Made by a program: the position numbers and the translations under genes. Below the pieces are notes generated by a model. It was given only the letters and a program-made list of their open reading frames with translations, was not told where the DNA came from and searched no databases. Below, piece by piece: positions 60,815 through 64,000 of a stretch of DNA of 64,000 bases; position 1 is the stretch's first letter, and every line of letters begins with the position of its first letter. This DNA comes from Candidatus Micrarchaeota archaeon (GTDB taxonomy: Archaea; Micrarchaeota; Micrarchaeia; Micrarchaeales; Micrarchaeaceae): the NCBI GenBank assembly GCA_021792775.1, contig JAJYTZ010000001.1:4965-68964 (forward strand), read 5' to 3'.

Positions 60815-62224
60815 ATGCGGAACACCATTAAAAAATCTCACGACGTCGGGCACAGGCATTTTGCTCTTGCCAAGCTGATCGAAAGGGTCGCACTTGAGAC
60901 CAAGCCGACAGATGATGAGATATTCCTCTCTACCGAGTATGCGGATTCTATTATGTCACGACTCAAATCTGCGCTGCCTATTGACGTTGAGATAATAATG
61001 GCCGGCTCTGTCGCGCGAGGCACACAGATACGCGGCTCTTCTGACATCGACATCTTCCTGAGGTTCCCTAAGACGATGGACGAGAGAAAAATGGAGGAAA
61101 GTGCGATTCGGATAGCAAAAAGCATAGTAGATAAAAAGAGTGAGCACTTCATAATAAACTATGCGGAGCACCCATATCTCAAACTCGTGCAGAATAAGTC
61201 GGGGATGAGCGCGGACATAGTTCCCTCCTTTAGGATAAACGATGCTTCCGAACTTGCAAGCGCTGTTGACCGCACCCCTCTCCACAACATCTTCATAAAC
61301 GATAACCTCAATGAGAGGCAAAAGGGAGAGGTACGCGCACTCAAATACCTATTGAGACAGCATTCAATATATGGCGCCGAAGCACGGATTGGGGGCTTCT
61401 CCGGATACCTCTGTGAGCTTCTGATATGCACCTACGGAAATCTTGCCCGCATGCTTGGATCCTTATCTGATGCGAAACTCCCTATTGTGCTTAAACCCCT
61501 AAGTAAGGAGATCCTTTACGGGGATGCCGGCTCTGGTCTCTCCAAACGTTTTGACTCTGATTTCGTTGTTGTCGACCCCACAGACCCGAACAGGAATGTT
61601 GCTGCTGCTGTATCAAAAGAATCCCTCTCAAGGCTTGTGATTATCTGCAGATCCCTTCTTGCCTCAAAGAAACCGGTAGTTGAATTCTATGGAAGGAGGG
61701 AGTCGGATGAGAGACTTTCTTCTCGGATAGAAGGATTCAAGCGTGAGCTTGGACTTGAATCGTGCAGCCTCATCGTTCCTGTGAGCAAGATATCGGAAGA
61801 TACAGTCTGGCCACAGATAAGCAGGCTGAGAAAGAGCCTTGAAACGCTTGTATCTGAGCGCATATCTGTGCCGATTATGGTGGTGCAGAGCTTGCATAAC
61901 GACGAGGCGGTAATCACCGTCTTTATGAACAGAGTAAGTGTAGGCGCTGAGAGAATATCTGGACCTAGTGTTTTCATCAAGGATGGCTCTACCGCCTTCC
62001 TGAAAAAACACAGCAAAGAAATCCTCTCTCTTTCCGGCGATAGGATATTTGCGATTAGACGATCTGATATTCAGACCATTGAAGAACTAATCGGTTCGCT
62101 GCTCAAAGACAATAGATTTGTCTTCCCTTCGCATATCTTCAAGAAAAGAGGCAGGATCGTCAAGCGTTTGCCTGAAATCTATGCGAAACCCGTCTGGCTT
62201 GAGATGAGTAAGAGATTTCTCTGA
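60815..62224 (+). CDS. cca: CCA-adding enzyme (archaeal class I tRNA nucleotidyltransferase)
   Basis: 469 aa. MAGSVARGTQIRGSSDIDIFLRFP, EHPYL, DRTPLH and GGFSGYLCELL motifs. Confidence 0.9.
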   Translation: MRNTIKKSHDVGHRHFALAKLIERVALETKPTDDEIFLSTEYADSIMSRLKSALPIDVEIIMAGSVARGTQIRGSSDIDIFLRFPKTMDERKMEESAIRIAKSIVDKKSEHFIINYAEHPYLKLVQNKSGMSADIVPSFRINDASELASAVDRTPLHNIFINDNLNERQKGEVRALKYLLRQHSIYGAEARIGGFSGYLCELLICTYGNLARMLGSLSDAKLPIVLKPLSKEILYGDAGSGLSKRFDSDFVVVDPTDPNRNVAAAVSKESLSRLVIICRSLLASKKPVVEFYGRRESDERLSSRIEGFKRELGLESCSLIVPVSKISEDTVWPQISRLRKSLETLVSERISVPIMVVQSLHNDEAVITVFMNRVSVGAERISGPSVFIKDGSTAFLKKHSKEILSLSGDRIFAIRRSDIQTIEELIGSLLKDNRFVFPSHIFKKRGRIVKRLPEIYAKPVWLEMSKRFL

Positions 62225-62788
62225 TCAAACTGCCCCGTATTTCTCTATGTAAGGTATCAGCTCTGACAGGTATCTCTTCTCTTTGAACCTTATCCTTTTC
62301 TTTGTTCCCCTTGCTCTGTCCTTTATGTATCCTGCCATCCTCTCCATCTCCCTTCCTGATATCTCATATACCTCTTTGCAAGTAGCTGTGGCTTTCACTC
62401 CGCTGTAATCTATCGCCTCTGATACCAGATTTCCCATCATCTTGCTTGTAGTGTACCTTCTCCTCCTCATCCTTTTCTCCAGTTCCTTTAGATGAGATCT
62501 TACCACAACCACCATATCTGCGTTAAAGTCCATCTCGACTCCCAGATGGCCCACGATTATCCATACTCCCTTATCCTTCGTTCTCTTTCTGATAGCTCTC
62601 TCCAGCTCCTTCAGCTTTACAGTCTTTGTCCCAGCCCTCTCTTTCCTTTTTGAGAACAGGTGGTATTCCTTCGCAACATCGTTTATCTCTATTACCTTTG
62701 CATCCTTTATCTTATCCCTAAGTATCCTCGAGAAATAGCTCTTTCCTGCAGATGGGGTACCGACCACAACTACCCTCAACTCGTTCAT
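62225..62788 (-). CDS. P-loop kinase, Fap7/adenylate kinase 6-like
   Basis: 187 aa. VVVGTPSAGKSY P-loop; IIVGHLGVEM...VVVVRSHLKELEKRMRRRRY resembles archaeal AK6/Fap7. Confidence 0.5.
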   Translation of the reverse strand: MNELRVVVVGTPSAGKSYFSRILRDKIKDAKVIEINDVAKEYHLFSKRKERAGTKTVKLKELERAIRKRTKDKGVWIIVGHLGVEMDFNADMVVVVRSHLKELEKRMRRRRYTTSKMMGNLVSEAIDYSGVKATATCKEVYEISGREMERMAGYIKDRARGTKKRIRFKEKRYLSELIPYIEKYGAV

Positions 62789-63372
62789 AGGTAGCCTTTT
62801 GCCGAGTCTATCGCGTCCATTACCTCAGTCCTGGCGTATTCGAGGTCGAGTACCGGATTTGGCTCTATGCTTACCCTGATTGTGTAGTTCTTGCCGTTCG
62901 TGCTGAATGTCCAGTCTGACACCTTATACTCGTTGTACGTTATGGAACCGATTATTACAAAGTTTGAGATTCCGAGTAGCTTCTGCGCTAATGATGTTAC
63001 GCCATCATCCGCATTGTCTGTGTATATTATCTCTGCGTTCTCGAACCCTTCCGTGTCTTTTGGCGCTATCAGAGGTATTCCGAGCTGCTTTGCCTGTATC
63101 GATATCGCCTGTCCCAGTTTCTTTGATATCGCGTCTGCCCTGGCCATATTATCGTTGAATCGCTTTTGGGCCTCTCCCATGCCCTTTATTATCTCTTCTA
63201 TGTCTTCGCTTAGTTCCGCCTCTATCTGTTCTATCTTATTCTTTATGTCCTGGTCATTGGAGAATTCCTGTGGATCTCTTAGGAATTCCTCTATATCTAT
63301 TCCGAATTTTCCCTTTATATTCGGCGCTATCTTTTTTATCATAAACTCTGCATTTGAAGTCAGTTCCACCAT
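62785..63372 (-). CDS. Hypothetical protein
   Basis: 195-aa ORF with a 4-nt overlap with the downstream kinase gene; no motif recognised. Confidence 0.45.
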   Translation of the reverse strand: MVELTSNAEFMIKKIAPNIKGKFGIDIEEFLRDPQEFSNDQDIKNKIEQIEAELSEDIEEIIKGMGEAQKRFNDNMARADAISKKLGQAISIQAKQLGIPLIAPKDTEGFENAEIIYTDNADDGVTSLAQKLLGISNFVIIGSITYNEYKVSDWTFSTNGKNYTIRVSIEPNPVLDLEYARTEVMDAIDSAKGYL

Positions 63373-63401
63373 AATACCACCTGCTTATTGTTTGACAAAG
63401 T

Positions 63402-63419
63402 TAGTGACATCCTCCAACG
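63402..63419 (+). repeat. 18-nt sequence abutting the tnpB stop (IS right-end/omega-RNA region)
   Basis: tagtgacatcctccaacg, identical to 11419-11436. Confidence 0.8.
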
Positions 63420-63420
63420 A

Positions 63421-64000
63421 CTAAAAGTCGCTGGCTTCCCCTGAAGCTTTGATGAAACTTTCTCTGAAAGTTTCAGGGTATGTTCTCAGTTCCTCGACAC
63501 TGCTTGCATCCCCTGTTGGAACGTATTGGCGAATATCTCCCTGAGCGTGACTTCGGGAGTGTCCCTCCCTAGCTCTATTGAGTATATTTATTGATGCGTT
63601 TATATCTCTGTCCATCCGCAGACCGCATTTATCGCAGATGTATGTTCTTTCTTCTCCTATTTTCTTTATACCGCCACAATTACTACAAGTCATGGATGTG
63701 TATTGTGGATTTACCCTTATGACCTCCATACCAGCACTTTCAGCCTTGTATGAAAGCATGTTTATGAACCTGTTCCATGAAGCGTTCTGTATTGACTGCG
63801 CACGATTATGGTTCTTAACCATGTTTTGTATTTGCAGCTTCTCGACTGCAAATGATGTGTATCCCGTATTGACCAATTTTGTCGACAAGTTTTGCATGAA
63901 GTCGTTTGATTGGTTAGTTACACCATTCCATTCCTTCTGAAGATGCAGTTTTGCTTTATTCCTTCTTTTTGATTGCAGTTTTGAAATTTGTTGGACTTCC
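63421..64000 (-). CDS. tnpB: IS200/IS605-family TnpB (RuvC-like nuclease plus Zn finger), C-terminal part; ORF continues beyond window end
   Basis: FAVEKLQIQNM..., NRFINMLSYKAESAGMEVIRVNPQYTSMTCSNCG...YICDKCGLRMDRDINASINI. Hand translation shows the frame stays open upstream of the first Met to position 64000 (...EVQQISKLQSKRRNKAKLHLQKEWNGVTNQSNDF). Confidence 0.85.
   Translation of the reverse strand, partial: EVQQISKLQSKRRNKAKLHLQKEWNGVTNQSNDFMQNLSTKLVNTGYTSFAVEKLQIQNMVKNHNRAQSIQNASWNRFINMLSYKAESAGMEVIRVNPQYTSMTCSNCGGIKKIGEERTYICDKCGLRMDRDINASINILNRAREGHSRSHAQGDIRQYVPTGDASSVEELRTYPETFRESFIKASGEASDF

Overview
Archaeal chromosome segment, shown by PolD DP1/DP2, A-type ATPase K/E, L21e, RpoF, NAC, an archaeal-type CCA-adding enzyme and class III signal-peptide pilin-like proteins. 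The features fit a DPANN/Micrarchaeota-like or Thermoplasmata-like genome, but lineage cannot be fixed without a database search. All calls rest on reading the supplied ORF translations plus my own hand translation and by-eye repeat comparison; no HMM, BLAST or folding was run.

Backbone (1-48.5 kb and 60.7-63.4 kb):
- type IA topoisomerase, followed in the same frame by a start-less TrmI-like methyltransferase
- a one-repeat TBP
- the L21e/RpoF/DUF655 cluster, MoxR, an M24 peptidase, NreA, PolX-PHP and VIT1
- a glycosylation cluster
- PolD, then a tRNA-Ser with an insertion in the anticodon loop
- NAC, a K+ channel, an unannotated 46-aa Cys-rich micro-ORF and an SPFH protein
- a five-gene beta-oxidation-like cluster, IleRS, a Pif1-like helicase with a WYL-like tail, the CCA enzyme and a Fap7-like kinase
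- several IS remnants (IS5-like, a TnpB N-terminal stub fused to a pilin gene, orphan copies of a tnpB-flank sequence) and a tnpB gene running off the right edge

Accessory region (48.5-60.7 kb): a visibly AT-richer stack of integrated elements at tRNA-Ala(CGC). There is one intact tRNA plus three partial or degenerate copies on the same strand. Two tyrosine integrases have reading frames that run through the tRNA-derived att sequence, which is SSV-like organisation.

Cargo of the stack:
- an MboI/DpnII-type GATC R-M pair
- a DUF4143-type ATPase
- two PIN/antitoxin pairs
- an IS1634-like transposase fragment
- most interesting, an AT-rich cassette of a 44-aa ORF, a radical SAM/SPASM enzyme and a PpsA/rifampicin-phosphotransferase-like PEP-utilising enzyme with an unrecognised C-terminal domain. 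A dense array of 9-11 bp operator-like repeats precedes it. I cannot assign this cassette to any described RiPP or defence system, so it is the prime candidate for a novel system.
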